From positions 1 to 64,000 of IMG/VR virus record IMGVR_UViG_3300017728_000002: a stretch of 64,000 nucleotides of DNA, one strand, 5' to 3'. The notes beneath the pieces were generated by a model. The model was given only the letters and a program-made list of their open reading frames with translations, was not told the origin of the DNA and did no database searches. A program made the position numbers and the translations under genes. Positions 16,899 to 27,036 of the stretch are shown one piece after another. The DNA is from a virus. How positions within the stretch are numbered: position 1 is the stretch's first letter; every line of letters starts with the position of its first letter.

Positions 16899-17204
16899 AT
16901 GCAGTCTACCAACCCGGGTGTAGCATACCGGCTTTTCAATTTTAAGAGCGAGCAGTATCAAGAAGTTTTGTTTACCACCAAGGTAGATGGGCAATATGTT
17001 CCTGGTACGACCAATGAAGAGGTGATTGAAATGATGATCGACCGCTTTTATGAGCTAAACAAAAAGAGTTTTAGTTCAGAGAATCAGGTTGTTATCCTTT
17101 TGCTCAAAATCATTCGTCAGCAGCTGAGCAAAAGACTCAGTCGCAAAATTGAAAACGTCAAAAACTATGAGCAAAGTACAGGCCAGCGTAACCCTGAGGG
17201 ATGA
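16899..17204 (+). CDS. Hypothetical protein (101 aa)
   Basis: GTTNEEVI..MIDR..LN..FS..EN pattern seen in small phage proteins. Confidence 0.7.
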   Translation: MQSTNPGVAYRLFNFKSEQYQEVLFTTKVDGQYVPGTTNEEVIEMMIDRFYELNKKSFSSENQVVILLLKIIRQQLSKRLSRKIENVKNYEQSTGQRNPEG

Positions 17205-17517
17205 TGCGCTGGGGTACTTAGAGGATTATCTCCGGTTGCTGAATGGGCTGTTGAAGCTTACAGGAACTGAGCTCAAAGTACTTGCAGCGTTTTTAGATTA
17301 CGACAGTAGGATTTGTGCGACTCAACGGGCTCGCAAAATTGTAGCTGAAAAACTGCTAATGAAGAATGTAGCAGTCTTGAACAATTACGTGAAAGCATTA
17401 AAAGACAAGGGGTGCATCTATAAAGACGCTTCTGGCTTTTACCGCTACAACGCAATTGTTAGTCCTAAAGAAAACATTACGTCAATTGAATTCTTGCTGA
17501 AAGGCGCTGATGATTGA
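17167..17517 (+). CDS. Winged-helix DNA-binding protein (putative regulator)
   Basis: LT..ELKVL...RKIVAEKL...VLNNYVKALKDKG.I wHTH pattern. Confidence 0.65.
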   Translation: MSKVQASVTLRDDALGYLEDYLRLLNGLLKLTGTELKVLAAFLDYDSRICATQRARKIVAEKLLMKNVAVLNNYVKALKDKGCIYKDASGFYRYNAIVSPKENITSIEFLLKGADD

Positions 17518-17791
17518 AATAACCTTTCAATTTCCCAAAGAACTTGATTTGGCTTTTGAGTATTTGAATTACCAGTTCAAAAGGTTTCAAGAAGAATCTA
17601 TTGCATTACCTCAGCACGAAATAGCAATAGGAGACGAGGAGATTAGTATTCTAATGTGGTATGAAGATGATGAAGACTCTGATGAAGGAGGGTCAGATGA
17701 TGATGATCCAATATGGCCATTGCCTCCAGAGCTTCCCTCTCCCATAAGCATGACGGAAATAGTGCCTAATTGGATTCAAACATGGACATAA
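17510..17791 (+). CDS. Acidic hypothetical protein
   Basis: Overlap-coupled ORF with a D/E-rich tract. Confidence 0.55.
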   Translation: MIEITFQFPKELDLAFEYLNYQFKRFQEESIALPQHEIAIGDEEISILMWYEDDEDSDEGGSDDDDPIWPLPPELPSPISMTEIVPNWIQTWT

Positions 17792-17842
17792 CATATAGCC
17801 GGTATTATGTACTAAGGTTAATGTTATTAGCAATAATGTGCA

Positions 17843-18097
17843 TTGGCTAAGAATAGATTAAAGCATGAGATAGCGAAAGAGATTCAACAAGAGATTGGAG
17901 GAGATCTCGGTCCTATTCAAGAGGTTATAGAAAGCCAGTTTGCTTTCGTTAAGTACACCCTAGAGAAAGGGTGGTTTGATAGCGTGCGCTTGCCCTATTT
18001 CGGTAAGTTTTTCGTGAATCCTTATCGATTAAGAAAGCTCAACATATCCATTAATAACTACCGCAGTAGAAAACAAAATGAGTCTATTTCGAACTGA
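17843..18097 (+). CDS. HU/IHF-like DNA-binding protein
   Basis: EIAKE...VIESQF...SVRLPYFGKF HU-type motif; typical position before crAss terminase genes. Confidence 0.7.
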   Translation: MAKNRLKHEIAKEIQQEIGGDLGPIQEVIESQFAFVKYTLEKGWFDSVRLPYFGKFFVNPYRLRKLNISINNYRSRKQNESISN

Positions 18098-18650
18098 AGG
18101 CTTTCAAGTCGTTGTAGACCTCGAACTCAGAATCATTAGAGAGTTCAGAGAATTGATTGCAGAAGACAAGCACCGAGATAAGAAAAACGCTTTGATGTGG
18201 TTCGCCTACATCTACCATATGCACGACTACAAGAGTCCATATCAGCTATATGATGAATCTGAGCGGCACTTGCGTGTAGTCAAGGACATTTCATTGCCTG
18301 CAGACTTTAAGTTGACCAAACGTTTAAAGGCAGCCATTGTCAAATACGAGGAGTTGCAGACAACCCCTGCGGTTAAAACCCTCATTACAACCAAGCAGGC
18401 TTTGACCAGTGCTGAAAAAGCCATCGGTGCTTTAACACGGAAGATTGAGCTGTTGCTAGCTGAAGGTGACGACGATGAAAAAGACACCGTTGGCGACGCT
18501 GTCAAGAATGTGACCAAGCTGTTAGAGCTGGCAGAGCGGTTGCCCAAGATGACCGATGTGATCAATGGGCTTGAAGACCGAGTTAAAAAAGAGCAGTCAG
18601 GAGAATCGAAGCTTCGCGGAGGCGGAACCAAAGGAATGTTCGAGGACTGA
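18078..18650 (+). CDS. Putative terminase small subunit
   Basis: Helical 190-aa protein immediately upstream of, and coupled to, TerL; crAss-like synteny. Confidence 0.55.
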   Translation: MSLFRTEGFQVVVDLELRIIREFRELIAEDKHRDKKNALMWFAYIYHMHDYKSPYQLYDESERHLRVVKDISLPADFKLTKRLKAAIVKYEELQTTPAVKTLITTKQALTSAEKAIGALTRKIELLLAEGDDDEKDTVGDAVKNVTKLLELAERLPKMTDVINGLEDRVKKEQSGESKLRGGGTKGMFED

Positions 18651-20677
18651 TGCTTGTTAATACCCAGTTGTTTCGTGAGCCAGCCAATTGTTTCCTTAAA
18701 AAGGGCTGGTACACAGATGCACCTCCGGGTAGCCAAGAGTTCTACAACTATTGGACTCAAGAGTTAGAACGGTGTCGCAATGGATATACCGTGGGTGGAA
18801 CCTCTATTACAGGACACCACTATTTCTACTTGAACTACTGCCAGATCAAGCTGACTGAACAAGTCAAAGGCACAAGCGCTACCAAAAGCATTGCTTTCCC
18901 GCACTTCTGGGATGGCGACTACGAGTACTTCTGGCTTATGGACATTGCCCGTAAAGGCATTACTCCAGCTCGCTTAAAGAAGTTGGGGTTGAGTACATCT
19001 ATTGAAGATCGATGGTTGAATGGTGGCCATCATCTGATTGTGTCTAAAGCGCGTCGTAAAGGATTCTCCTACAAGAACGCCGCCATTACAACCAACACCT
19101 ACAACACGGTTCGAAACAGCTACACGTTGCTGTGCGCATTTGACAAGAAGTACCTGTACCCCAAAGGGATCATGACCATGGCAGCAGCCAACATGGATTT
19201 CTTAAACGAACATACCGGATGGTCTAAAAGGCGCAGTCAGATTGACAAGCAGAACCACAAGAAAGCTTCTTACCTGGAATACATCAACAATCAAGGTGTA
19301 GAGAAAGGATACAAAAGTGAGGTGGAGGCAATCACCTTTAAAGACAACCCAGACGCAGCTCGTGGTAAAGACGCTACCCTGGTGATTTTCGAAGAAGCAG
19401 GCGCTTTCTCCAACCTAAAAAACACCTTTATGGCTACCCGTCCTACCGTAGAAGACGGTGGAATCACAACGGGACAGATGATCATCTTCGGTACAGGTGG
19501 TGACATGGATGGAGGCACGATTGACTTCGAGTCTATGTTCTACAACCCTACGCCTTACAACCTGCTTCCAGTAAACAACATCTGGGACGACGGGGGAGAC
19601 GGCACCCACTGCGGGTGGTTCTTTCCTTCCTATCGTAACAAAGTAGGATTTATGGATAAGGATGGAAACAGCTTATCCGACAAAGCTCAATTTCACGAGG
19701 AGAATGAGCGTGAACGCATAAAAACAGAGTCAAAAGATGCAAGAGTTTATGATAAACACATTACTGAATATCCTTGGAAACCTCGAGAAGCTTTCCTCCA
19801 AACTAGCAGCAATGTGTTCCCAACTGCTGCTTTAGTAGAACACCGAGGCAATTTGGTGCGGTCTAAAAAACTAGACAGTGTTGGTACACCTGGGTACATC
19901 CTAGAAACAAGCGAAGGTTTAAAGTTCCGTCCGTCTGACAAAGTCAGGCCCATCACCAAGTTTCCGCATCAAAAAGGGGACGACATCACCGGATGTGTGG
20001 TCATGTATCAAAGTCCTTATCGAGACTCTGATGGTCAGATCCCCAACAACCTGTATTTCATAGCCCATGACCCCTACGCTCATGACACCTCCACAGGCAA
20101 CAGTCTAGGATCGGCCTATGTATTCAAGCGCCCTAATCCTTTTAGTAAGCCTGATGACATGATTGTGGCCAGCTATGTAGGGAGACCAGAGACTCAAGAT
20201 GATTACAACAGCACCTTGTTTCTTCTATCAGAGTACTACAACGCGCGCATTGGGTTTGAGAACGACCGAGGTGAAGTCATCCCGTATGCCAAGCGAACCA
20301 AAAGCCTGCATCGTCTTATGGAAGAGGTGGAGCTTTTTGACAGGTCCAATGGGTTTAAAGCCAAAAGTTTAGGTAGAAACTATGGCTTGAGTATGGGTTC
20401 TAAGCAACGCAAGAGCCAAGCCGTGTTGTACCTGCGCGACTGGCTTAAAGAAAAGCGATCAAAAAACGCAACCGGGGAGTGGAAGCTCAACCTGCACAAC
20501 ATCTACGACATAGCTCTCATTGACGAGCTCATCAAGTGGAACGACCAAGGAAACTTTGACCGGGCTTCAGCCTTGCTGATAGGGATGTTCTTCATGATGG
20601 ACCTCTACGATAAGCCGGTAGAACAACAATCTGAAACCATTGATACGGGCTTTTTCTCCCGTGAACTCTTTGTCTAA
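18650..20677 (+). CDS. terL: Terminase large subunit
   Basis: Walker A KARRKGFSY, Walker B VIFEEAG, GTGG, nuclease HDPY...NFDR. Confidence 0.95.
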   Translation: MLVNTQLFREPANCFLKKGWYTDAPPGSQEFYNYWTQELERCRNGYTVGGTSITGHHYFYLNYCQIKLTEQVKGTSATKSIAFPHFWDGDYEYFWLMDIARKGITPARLKKLGLSTSIEDRWLNGGHHLIVSKARRKGFSYKNAAITTNTYNTVRNSYTLLCAFDKKYLYPKGIMTMAAANMDFLNEHTGWSKRRSQIDKQNHKKASYLEYINNQGVEKGYKSEVEAITFKDNPDAARGKDATLVIFEEAGAFSNLKNTFMATRPTVEDGGITTGQMIIFGTGGDMDGGTIDFESMFYNPTPYNLLPVNNIWDDGGDGTHCGWFFPSYRNKVGFMDKDGNSLSDKAQFHEENERERIKTESKDARVYDKHITEYPWKPREAFLQTSSNVFPTAALVEHRGNLVRSKKLDSVGTPGYILETSEGLKFRPSDKVRPITKFPHQKGDDITGCVVMYQSPYRDSDGQIPNNLYFIAHDPYAHDTSTGNSLGSAYVFKRPNPFSKPDDMIVASYVGRPETQDDYNSTLFLLSEYYNARIGFENDRGEVIPYAKRTKSLHRLMEEVELFDRSNGFKAKSLGRNYGLSMGSKQRKSQAVLYLRDWLKEKRSKNATGEWKLNLHNIYDIALIDELIKWNDQGNFDRASALLIGMFFMMDLYDKPVEQQSETIDTGFFSRELFV

Positions 20678-22821
20678 TGTCAAAAAATCACATCCCTAAA
20701 CAAAAGGTCTCTCGCGCGAAGAAGACCAAAACCTGGGGCATCAATTCCGTAAAAGGATTCATCCAAGAATCCAACTTCAACATGACGGGTAAGCACGACT
20801 TACTCAAGTTCTATGAAGCTTACAACGGACACATGAACGAAGGTGACTACAACTATGTCACCAACCCTTATAACACGCCAGGTAAGCAAAAGAATTTTCC
20901 GGCTAAGCTTCGCAACTACAACATTATTAAACCAGTCATTGACTTGTTGCTTGGAGAAAAGACTTCTCGTCCCAGCAACTTTATGGTGACCGTGTCTAAT
21001 GATGATGCAGTAACCAAAATGGCTGAGGAGCAAAAGGAGATGGTTCTTCAAAACCTCCGGCAGCTCTTTGTAAATACCTTAAACCAGCAAGGTGTTGATA
21101 CAGGTCAGCCTAATCAAGAAGCCAAGACTCCTGCTCAAGTAGAGGAGTATATGAATACAAGCTACCAAGATGGTAGAGCCATTGTAGGGCAGCAGGTCTT
21201 GAACTACTTGCGGGACAACTTAGATATGGAAGACAAGCTTATGCGCGGCTTCTTTGACTGGCTTTGTAGTGGTTATGTATACAGCTACAAAGGGGTGTGT
21301 ATGGATGACGTCGAGTATGAGGTTGTAAGCCCTTTGGATATCGACTACTCTATGTCACCTGACCTGGAGTTTATTGAAGATGGTGATTGGGTAGTACGCA
21401 GGCAGTTGATGAGCGTCAATGCAGTGGTTGATCAGTTCTATGACTTGCTGTCAGAGCAAGAGATTGATCAGCTCGAAGACCACAGCCGAAACAACTCTAC
21501 TTCCTTTTCCATCCCGTTTCTACAACGTGTGGAAAACGACTTTGGAGACAAGGGCCGCTTTGTAGAAGTCATGCATGTTTGCTGGAAGAGCTTTCGCAAG
21601 GTGGGTGTGCTCAGTTACATCGATGAGTTTGGTGTAAAGCAAATGAGTTTGGTAAGCGATTCCTACAAAACAGATCGCGAAAACGGAGAAGAGACTGAGT
21701 GGTATTGGATCAACGAGGTTTGGGAAGGGTATCAAATTGACAATGACATCTATGTCGGGATCAACCCTATGGAAGGCCAGCGCACTTCTATCTCCAATAT
21801 CTCTAAGTGCAAGCTTCCCTACAACGGTAGAGCTTACTCCAATAGGCATTCAGAAAACGTCAGTGTAGTGTCTTTAGGCATGCCCTATCAGATCCTGTAC
21901 AACGTATTCCACTACCGGTTGGAACTGACCATTGCTAAAAACAAGGACAAGATTGCTTTGATTGAGATGAACACCATTCCCAAGCGTCATGGTTGGGACG
22001 AAGAGAAGTTCATGTATTACGCAGACGCTATGGGCTTTGCGTTTATCGACTCTACAGCTGAGGGTAAAAACAACGAGCGTGTATCCTTTAACCAGTACCA
22101 AGTATTGGACATGTCTTTAGGTCAGTATATGGCTCAGCAAATTGAGCTGTTGCGTGCTATCAAAGAAGAGTGGGAAGAGTTGTTGGGAATCTCTAGGCAA
22201 CGCAAAGGCCAAGTCATGGCTTCAGACGGTACTGGTTCTACTAAAAGTGCCATTGCTCAGAGTACTGCCATCACCGAAGAGATCTTCAGGAAGTTCGAGA
22301 AGTTTGAACAGAAAGAGATGCAAGGGCTGCTTGACATCTCTAAGCACGCATTTAGAGATGGCAAGAAGGTGCAGTACATCACAGATGACTACCGCAACGC
22401 TTGGCTAGACATTGAAGGCGTCTCTTACCAGGAGAGTGAGTTTGGAATTTTTGCTAAGAATTCTGCTCAAGAAAATCAGAAGATGGAGCAGATGCGAGGC
22501 CTGCTTCAAGCCATGGCTCAAAATGGCGTTGGACCTAAATCCATTGCAGAGATTCTTGATGCAGACAACTTCTCAAGGATCAAGCAGCTCGCTGACAAAG
22601 TAGAGCAAAAGCAAGCTGAGATGGGTCAAGCTGCTCAGAAGTCAGAGGAGAAGAAAGAGCATGGGAAGCTTCAATTGGAATTGCAAAAGCTTCAAGCAGA
22701 ACAATCTCATGAAGCTCAACAAAACGAAATGGACCGTCAGACCAAACTTGAAGTGGCTCATATCCAAGCTTCTAGTAAGGATACGGACCACAATAACGAT
22801 GGAAAAACGGATAACAAATAA
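20677..22821 (+). CDS. Portal protein
   Basis: 714 aa directly after TerL; NYNIIKPVIDLLLGE and C-terminal coiled coil typical of crAss-like portals. Confidence 0.9.
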   Translation: MSKNHIPKQKVSRAKKTKTWGINSVKGFIQESNFNMTGKHDLLKFYEAYNGHMNEGDYNYVTNPYNTPGKQKNFPAKLRNYNIIKPVIDLLLGEKTSRPSNFMVTVSNDDAVTKMAEEQKEMVLQNLRQLFVNTLNQQGVDTGQPNQEAKTPAQVEEYMNTSYQDGRAIVGQQVLNYLRDNLDMEDKLMRGFFDWLCSGYVYSYKGVCMDDVEYEVVSPLDIDYSMSPDLEFIEDGDWVVRRQLMSVNAVVDQFYDLLSEQEIDQLEDHSRNNSTSFSIPFLQRVENDFGDKGRFVEVMHVCWKSFRKVGVLSYIDEFGVKQMSLVSDSYKTDRENGEETEWYWINEVWEGYQIDNDIYVGINPMEGQRTSISNISKCKLPYNGRAYSNRHSENVSVVSLGMPYQILYNVFHYRLELTIAKNKDKIALIEMNTIPKRHGWDEEKFMYYADAMGFAFIDSTAEGKNNERVSFNQYQVLDMSLGQYMAQQIELLRAIKEEWEELLGISRQRKGQVMASDGTGSTKSAIAQSTAITEEIFRKFEKFEQKEMQGLLDISKHAFRDGKKVQYITDDYRNAWLDIEGVSYQESEFGIFAKNSAQENQKMEQMRGLLQAMAQNGVGPKSIAEILDADNFSRIKQLADKVEQKQAEMGQAAQKSEEKKEHGKLQLELQKLQAEQSHEAQQNEMDRQTKLEVAHIQASSKDTDHNNDGKTDNK

Positions 22822-22872
22822 CGAGTTCTGTTTTTCTTGGAATAATATTCCATATAACCTACATTCAATACG

Positions 22873-23979
22873 ATGGCCGAAAGTAAAGAGTTGGGCTTAG
22901 ATAGCCTTAAAGGAGTAGACTGGCTGAACGATTCAGCGCCTGCACCTCCAGCACCTCCAGAATCTTCAGCGGAAGTTCCTGCTGAAAATTTAGAAGAATC
23001 TTCTGTTATGGAGCAACCTGAGGTGGCCCCCGATACGCAAGTTCAGGAGCCTGTAGCAGAAGTTGAAGAACCGGTAGATGCGCCGGAAGAACCTGTAGAA
23101 CCTATTGCCGCAGCACCCCCAGCGGAAGCTGAGGAAGAGCCAGGGGTAATTCAAACCCTGACTCAGCGGTTGGGTTATGAAGTAGAAGGGGACTTTTCTG
23201 ATGACTACGATGGTCTAGAAAAGTATACTGCTGCTGTAGCAAGCAAGATTGCTGAAGAGCAACTTGGTAATATTTTCAATCAGTACCCTGACGTACGAGA
23301 ATACTTTCAGTACCGCAGTAACAATGGAGATCCATTAAAGTATTTCCAAGCACAACAAGCGGAGATGGACTACGGCGCTATGGCTGTAGATGACAACGTT
23401 GCTACTCAAAGGCGCGTTGTACAAGATGGTATGCGGTCTCAAGGTTTTGGAGATGAAGACATCTCTAAAATGATGGACGCATATGAAGATGCAGGCATTC
23501 TAAAAGACAATGCCGAAGTCTACCTAGGCCATCTCCAGCGCAATCAAACTGCTCAAAAGCAAACCCTTTTGCAGCAGCAAGAAGCGCAAGCGGCACAACA
23601 ACGTGCCGAAGCCGAACAATACTGGCAACAAGTGTCTAAGACTGTTGATTCTGGCGAGCTCAAAGGCCTGCAGATTCCTCAAAGACAACGCAAACAGTTT
23701 TACGACTGGATGACATTACCGGTAGATCAAAAAGGAGCGACTCAACGCGACGTAGACCGAAGTCAACTTGATACCGAAACAGCACTAGCTCTAGAATATT
23801 TGATTTATCAAGGATTTGATTTAACGAAGCTTTCCCGCAACGTAGCCAAAACCAAAACAACTCAAAGCTTGAAAGCCAAGCTTCAAAGTTCTCCATCCGC
23901 TTCGACTAGGATGAAGTCACGTAGCAAGTCGACTGTAACCAAGGCATCACCCCTTCCTTCACTTCGGGACTTGCTATAA
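22873..23979 (+). CDS. Scaffold-like/head protein
   Basis: Acidic Pro-rich N-terminus, coiled coil, located between portal and MCP. Confidence 0.7.
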   Translation: MAESKELGLDSLKGVDWLNDSAPAPPAPPESSAEVPAENLEESSVMEQPEVAPDTQVQEPVAEVEEPVDAPEEPVEPIAAAPPAEAEEEPGVIQTLTQRLGYEVEGDFSDDYDGLEKYTAAVASKIAEEQLGNIFNQYPDVREYFQYRSNNGDPLKYFQAQQAEMDYGAMAVDDNVATQRRVVQDGMRSQGFGDEDISKMMDAYEDAGILKDNAEVYLGHLQRNQTAQKQTLLQQQEAQAAQQRAEAEQYWQQVSKTVDSGELKGLQIPQRQRKQFYDWMTLPVDQKGATQRDVDRSQLDTETALALEYLIYQGFDLTKLSRNVAKTKTTQSLKAKLQSSPSASTRMKSRSKSTVTKASPLPSLRDLL

Positions 23980-23998
23980 CCTTTAATCTGACTAATCT

Positions 23999-25426
23999 AT
24001 GTCTGACAATTTGAAAAAGTTGCGTCTTTACGAAGACGTATTTAATTCTGATGGGATGACCGACGAGAACTCGTTGGCCAATGCTCTGATGACCCAACCG
24101 GATGTTCTTTCTCCGGTAATCACGCACCTTTCTGGGCGCGAAGACAAGCGTTTCCCACTCTCCTTCCTTACCGAGGGTATGGGCAACGTGAAGTACATCA
24201 ATGATGTTGAGTATGACTACCCTGTTATGGGGCGCTTGAACAAAAGCGTTCCGTGCGTTGGGAATGGTACAATCTCTGTCAATGGAGGTACTGTCTCTTT
24301 CACTGATCGTTGGTTTGTTAAGAACTACATCATTGAGTTCGGTGATACTAACAACACCCAGGTTCGTTTGACCGGGGACCCCGTGCAGACTGCCGGTGGT
24401 TGGAAGTACAACTGTGAGTTGGTAACCAGTGACAACACAATTACTGTAGGCTCCAGCAATTTGGCTGGTAAGCTGGCTGTTCAGCTCTTTGCTGCTAACG
24501 CGTTCTCCGGATCACGTGGTAACGAGAGCAACTGGGTCGCGCCATCCAAAATGCGCAACCAGATCAGCTTGATTCGTAAGTCATACCGCTACGAGGGTAA
24601 CATGCCCGACCGTGTGGTGAACTTCGAATTCAACGTCGGTGGCCGTTCAACCAACTTGTGGTACGACTTTGAGGAGTACCAGCACATGTTGCGTTGGAAG
24701 GAGGAGACTGAGCTTGCTATGTGGTACTCACGTTACAACCGTGATTCTGACGGACTCATTCACCTTCGTGATGAGAACGGCAAGGTTATTCCTTTGGGCA
24801 GCGGTGTGATCGAGCAGATCCCGAACGTAGACACATACTCTGTGTTGACGGCAGCCAAGCTGAAGGGTGTGGTTCGTGATGCTCTGTATGGTGCGTCTGA
24901 TGCTTCCGACATGAACATTGTTCTCTTCACCGGCCTCGGTGGAATGGAAGAGTTTGACAACGCCATGAAGGATGAGCTTTCTAGCCAGACTTACATCAAG
25001 AACACCGATCCCGGATCGTTCGTTGGTGGAAGTGGTCGGAACCTTTCCTTGGGTGGTTTCTTCACTCAGTACCAGCACATCGATGGTCACACCATCACTG
25101 TGCGTCACTTGCCCTTGTTTGATCACGGTGCACGTGCTCTTGCTAGTGAGCGTCACCCTGTTACGGGTCTCCCACTTGAGAGCTACCGCATGATCTTCTT
25201 GGACATGAGCACATACGACGGAGAGAACAACGTCAGCATGATTACCCGGAAGAACCGTGAGTTGGTTCGTTGGGCAGTCGCTGGTGCTTCTGTTCCTCCT
25301 GGGTTTGCAGGAAACGCCTTGCGCGCGACCGACGTAGACGGATCTGCAGTGCACTTCCTTAAGGAGTGTGGTATCAGCATCCGCCGTGCTACGAATTGCT
25401 TGCACCTGGAGTGCGTGCGTAGCTAA
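23999..25426 (+). CDS. Major capsid protein (crAss-like HK97 fold)
   Basis: 475 aa; MTDENSL..AL, FPL.FLTEG, G.G..EQI, LFTG.GG..EFD motifs; strongly biased codons; followed by a terminator. Confidence 0.9.
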   Translation: MSDNLKKLRLYEDVFNSDGMTDENSLANALMTQPDVLSPVITHLSGREDKRFPLSFLTEGMGNVKYINDVEYDYPVMGRLNKSVPCVGNGTISVNGGTVSFTDRWFVKNYIIEFGDTNNTQVRLTGDPVQTAGGWKYNCELVTSDNTITVGSSNLAGKLAVQLFAANAFSGSRGNESNWVAPSKMRNQISLIRKSYRYEGNMPDRVVNFEFNVGGRSTNLWYDFEEYQHMLRWKEETELAMWYSRYNRDSDGLIHLRDENGKVIPLGSGVIEQIPNVDTYSVLTAAKLKGVVRDALYGASDASDMNIVLFTGLGGMEEFDNAMKDELSSQTYIKNTDPGSFVGGSGRNLSLGGFFTQYQHIDGHTITVRHLPLFDHGARALASERHPVTGLPLESYRMIFLDMSTYDGENNVSMITRKNRELVRWAVAGASVPPGFAGNALRATDVDGSAVHFLKECGISIRRATNCLHLECVRS

Positions 25427-25435
25427 ACAATTTAA

Positions 25436-25471
25436 GATAGGGGGAGGGTCAAACAGGCTCTCCCCTATATC
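25436..25471 (+). terminator. Hairpin after MCP
   Basis: ataggggagggtc-aaaca-ggctctcccctat. Confidence 0.6.
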
Positions 25472-25485
25472 TAACAATCTATTTC

Positions 25486-25650
25486 ATGGCTGTACGTAAA
25501 GGCTTGTGGGCGAACATTCACGCAAAAAGAAAGCGCATTGCTAGCGGTTCTGGAGAACGGATGCGCGCAGCGGGTAGTAAAGGCGCGCCTACAACAGCAG
25601 CTATGAAAGCATCTAAAAGCAAGAAAAAAAGCCGCAAAAAACGGAAGTGA
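25486..25650 (+). CDS. Small basic protein (54 aa)
   Basis: Manual translation MAVRKGLWANIHAKRKRIASGSGERMRAAGSKGAPT...; stop overlaps the next start. Confidence 0.7.
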   Translation: MAVRKGLWANIHAKRKRIASGSGERMRAAGSKGAPTTAAMKASKSKKKSRKKRK

Positions 25651-25955
25651 TGCCTGTCAAGAAAAAAAGACAAGCTTCCATTCGGCGCACTACACGTGGT
25701 AAAGGGGCCAACTACCGCTCTACCAAGTCTGGTGCTGGTATGACTAAAAAGGGCGTTGCTGCCCATCGAAGAGCTAACCCAGGGTCCAAGCTAAAAACAG
25801 CTGTTACGGGTAAAGTAAAGAAGGGATCAAAATCGGCTAAACGCCGCAAGTCGTATTGCGCTCGCTCACTGGGACAGCTTAAAAGAAGCAGCGCTAAAAC
25901 TCGTAATAATCCTAACTCACGTATTCGTCAAGCACGAAGACGTTGGAAATGCTAA
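25647..25955 (+). CDS. Basic protein, DUF6321-like
   Basis: GMT.KGV...NPGSKLK...RRKSYCARS.GQ...ARRRWKC pattern common in aquatic phages. Confidence 0.7.
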   Translation: MMPVKKKRQASIRRTTRGKGANYRSTKSGAGMTKKGVAAHRRANPGSKLKTAVTGKVKKGSKSAKRRKSYCARSLGQLKRSSAKTRNNPNSRIRQARRRWKC

Positions 25956-25958
25956 GTC

Positions 25959-26747
25959 ATGCCCTACAAAACATCTAAGAAATCCAAGAAGCGCATTATG
26001 CGTGCTGGGGGTACTTCTCCAGTAAGTACTCGTCCTGCACCGAAAAACCGGTACGAACGGGATAAGCAGCAAGAGCTAAAAGGTAAAGCAGAAGCTGAGA
26101 TCAAAAAGCAGAATGCAGCTTTGACTAAAAAACGCGCTGCCGCTAAAGCCAAAAAAGCAGCAGAAGCTAAAGTGGCTAAAGGGAAAGCTGCTGGCAAAAC
26201 CATTGCAGCAACCAATATCAATGCTAAAGGAGTTAGAAAAGCTTTGGGTAAAGGCACTGTAGGAGCAGGGAAGGTTAATTTGTCTCGGCCTAAAACTCCT
26301 CCTAAGCCTAAAAGCGCATATGCATCAGCCAAGAAAAAAGTTAGCAATCTTGATTCGCTAGTTTCTCGTCGTAATAAATTGACCAAAGGCACTCCTGAAT
26401 ACAATCGGGTTCAGAACAAGATTAACTCTGCATACGGTAAAGGCCCGCAGCGTGACGCTTCTATTAAAAAGGCAACTGCTAAGAAAGCAGGCCCTGTGTC
26501 TTCTGGAAAAAAGCCTACGTTGAAACTGGCAAAGGCTCCTGCTAAGCCAACTCAAACACCTGCACAAAAGCGTAAGGCCGCTGCTGCAAAAAGGAAGACC
26601 GGTCGTAAAGCTACTAGTGCTAGTCGTAAAACAGCAAGCAAGGCTAAACGCGGTTTGGCTAAGTCTAATCGCGAGATTAAGTCTATTGCTAACAAGGCCA
26701 GCAAAGCTCGTAAGAAGGCTGCTATCCGTCGTATTCGCAAAGGATGA
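25959..26747 (+). CDS. Lys/Ala-rich histone-H1-like basic protein
   Basis: Extremely K/A/R-rich, 262 aa. Confidence 0.7.
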   Translation: MPYKTSKKSKKRIMRAGGTSPVSTRPAPKNRYERDKQQELKGKAEAEIKKQNAALTKKRAAAKAKKAAEAKVAKGKAAGKTIAATNINAKGVRKALGKGTVGAGKVNLSRPKTPPKPKSAYASAKKKVSNLDSLVSRRNKLTKGTPEYNRVQNKINSAYGKGPQRDASIKKATAKKAGPVSSGKKPTLKLAKAPAKPTQTPAQKRKAAAAKRKTGRKATSASRKTASKAKRGLAKSNREIKSIANKASKARKKAAIRRIRKG

Positions 26748-26872
26748 ACGAGGAAGACGACATCAGCTTCTTGAATCCAAAACGGGTTAAGAAGACTGAA
26801 GACAAGATGGAAAGCGGAGAGCTGACCTGCAACATTGACAATCCCGAAGAGTGCGAAAGCTGTAGTGGATGA
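26744..26872 (+). CDS. 42-aa peptide ending in CNIDNPEECESCSG
   Basis: Manual translation; ATGA overlaps with both neighbours. Confidence 0.7.
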   Translation: MNEEDDISFLNPKRVKKTEDKMESGELTCNIDNPEECESCSG

Positions 26873-27036
26873 AGAAGTTTAACGGACATCGTTGCGAAAA
26901 GCGCAACCTGCCGGAAGCTGTTCTAGGCGTAAGATTCAATTCTCTAGGGCAGGGGACACGCGTGCAGTCAAACAAAACAAAGGTGGCTGCACGCCCCAAG
27001 AATTACGTAGAAACCCCCAACCATATAAATAAGTAA
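26869..27036 (+). CDS. Small basic hypothetical protein (55 aa)
   Basis: ATGA and TAATG overlaps with neighbours. Confidence 0.55.
   Translation: MKKFNGHRCEKRNLPEAVLGVRFNSLGQGTRVQSNKTKVAARPKNYVETPNHINK

Noticed and set aside
18650-20677. Inteins or introns in TerL, PolA or MCP
   Set aside because: Lengths are normal, frames are uninterrupted and no splicing motifs were seen
24728-25477. 249-aa antisense ORF over the capsid gene
   Set aside because: Explained by the codon bias of the MCP; no motif
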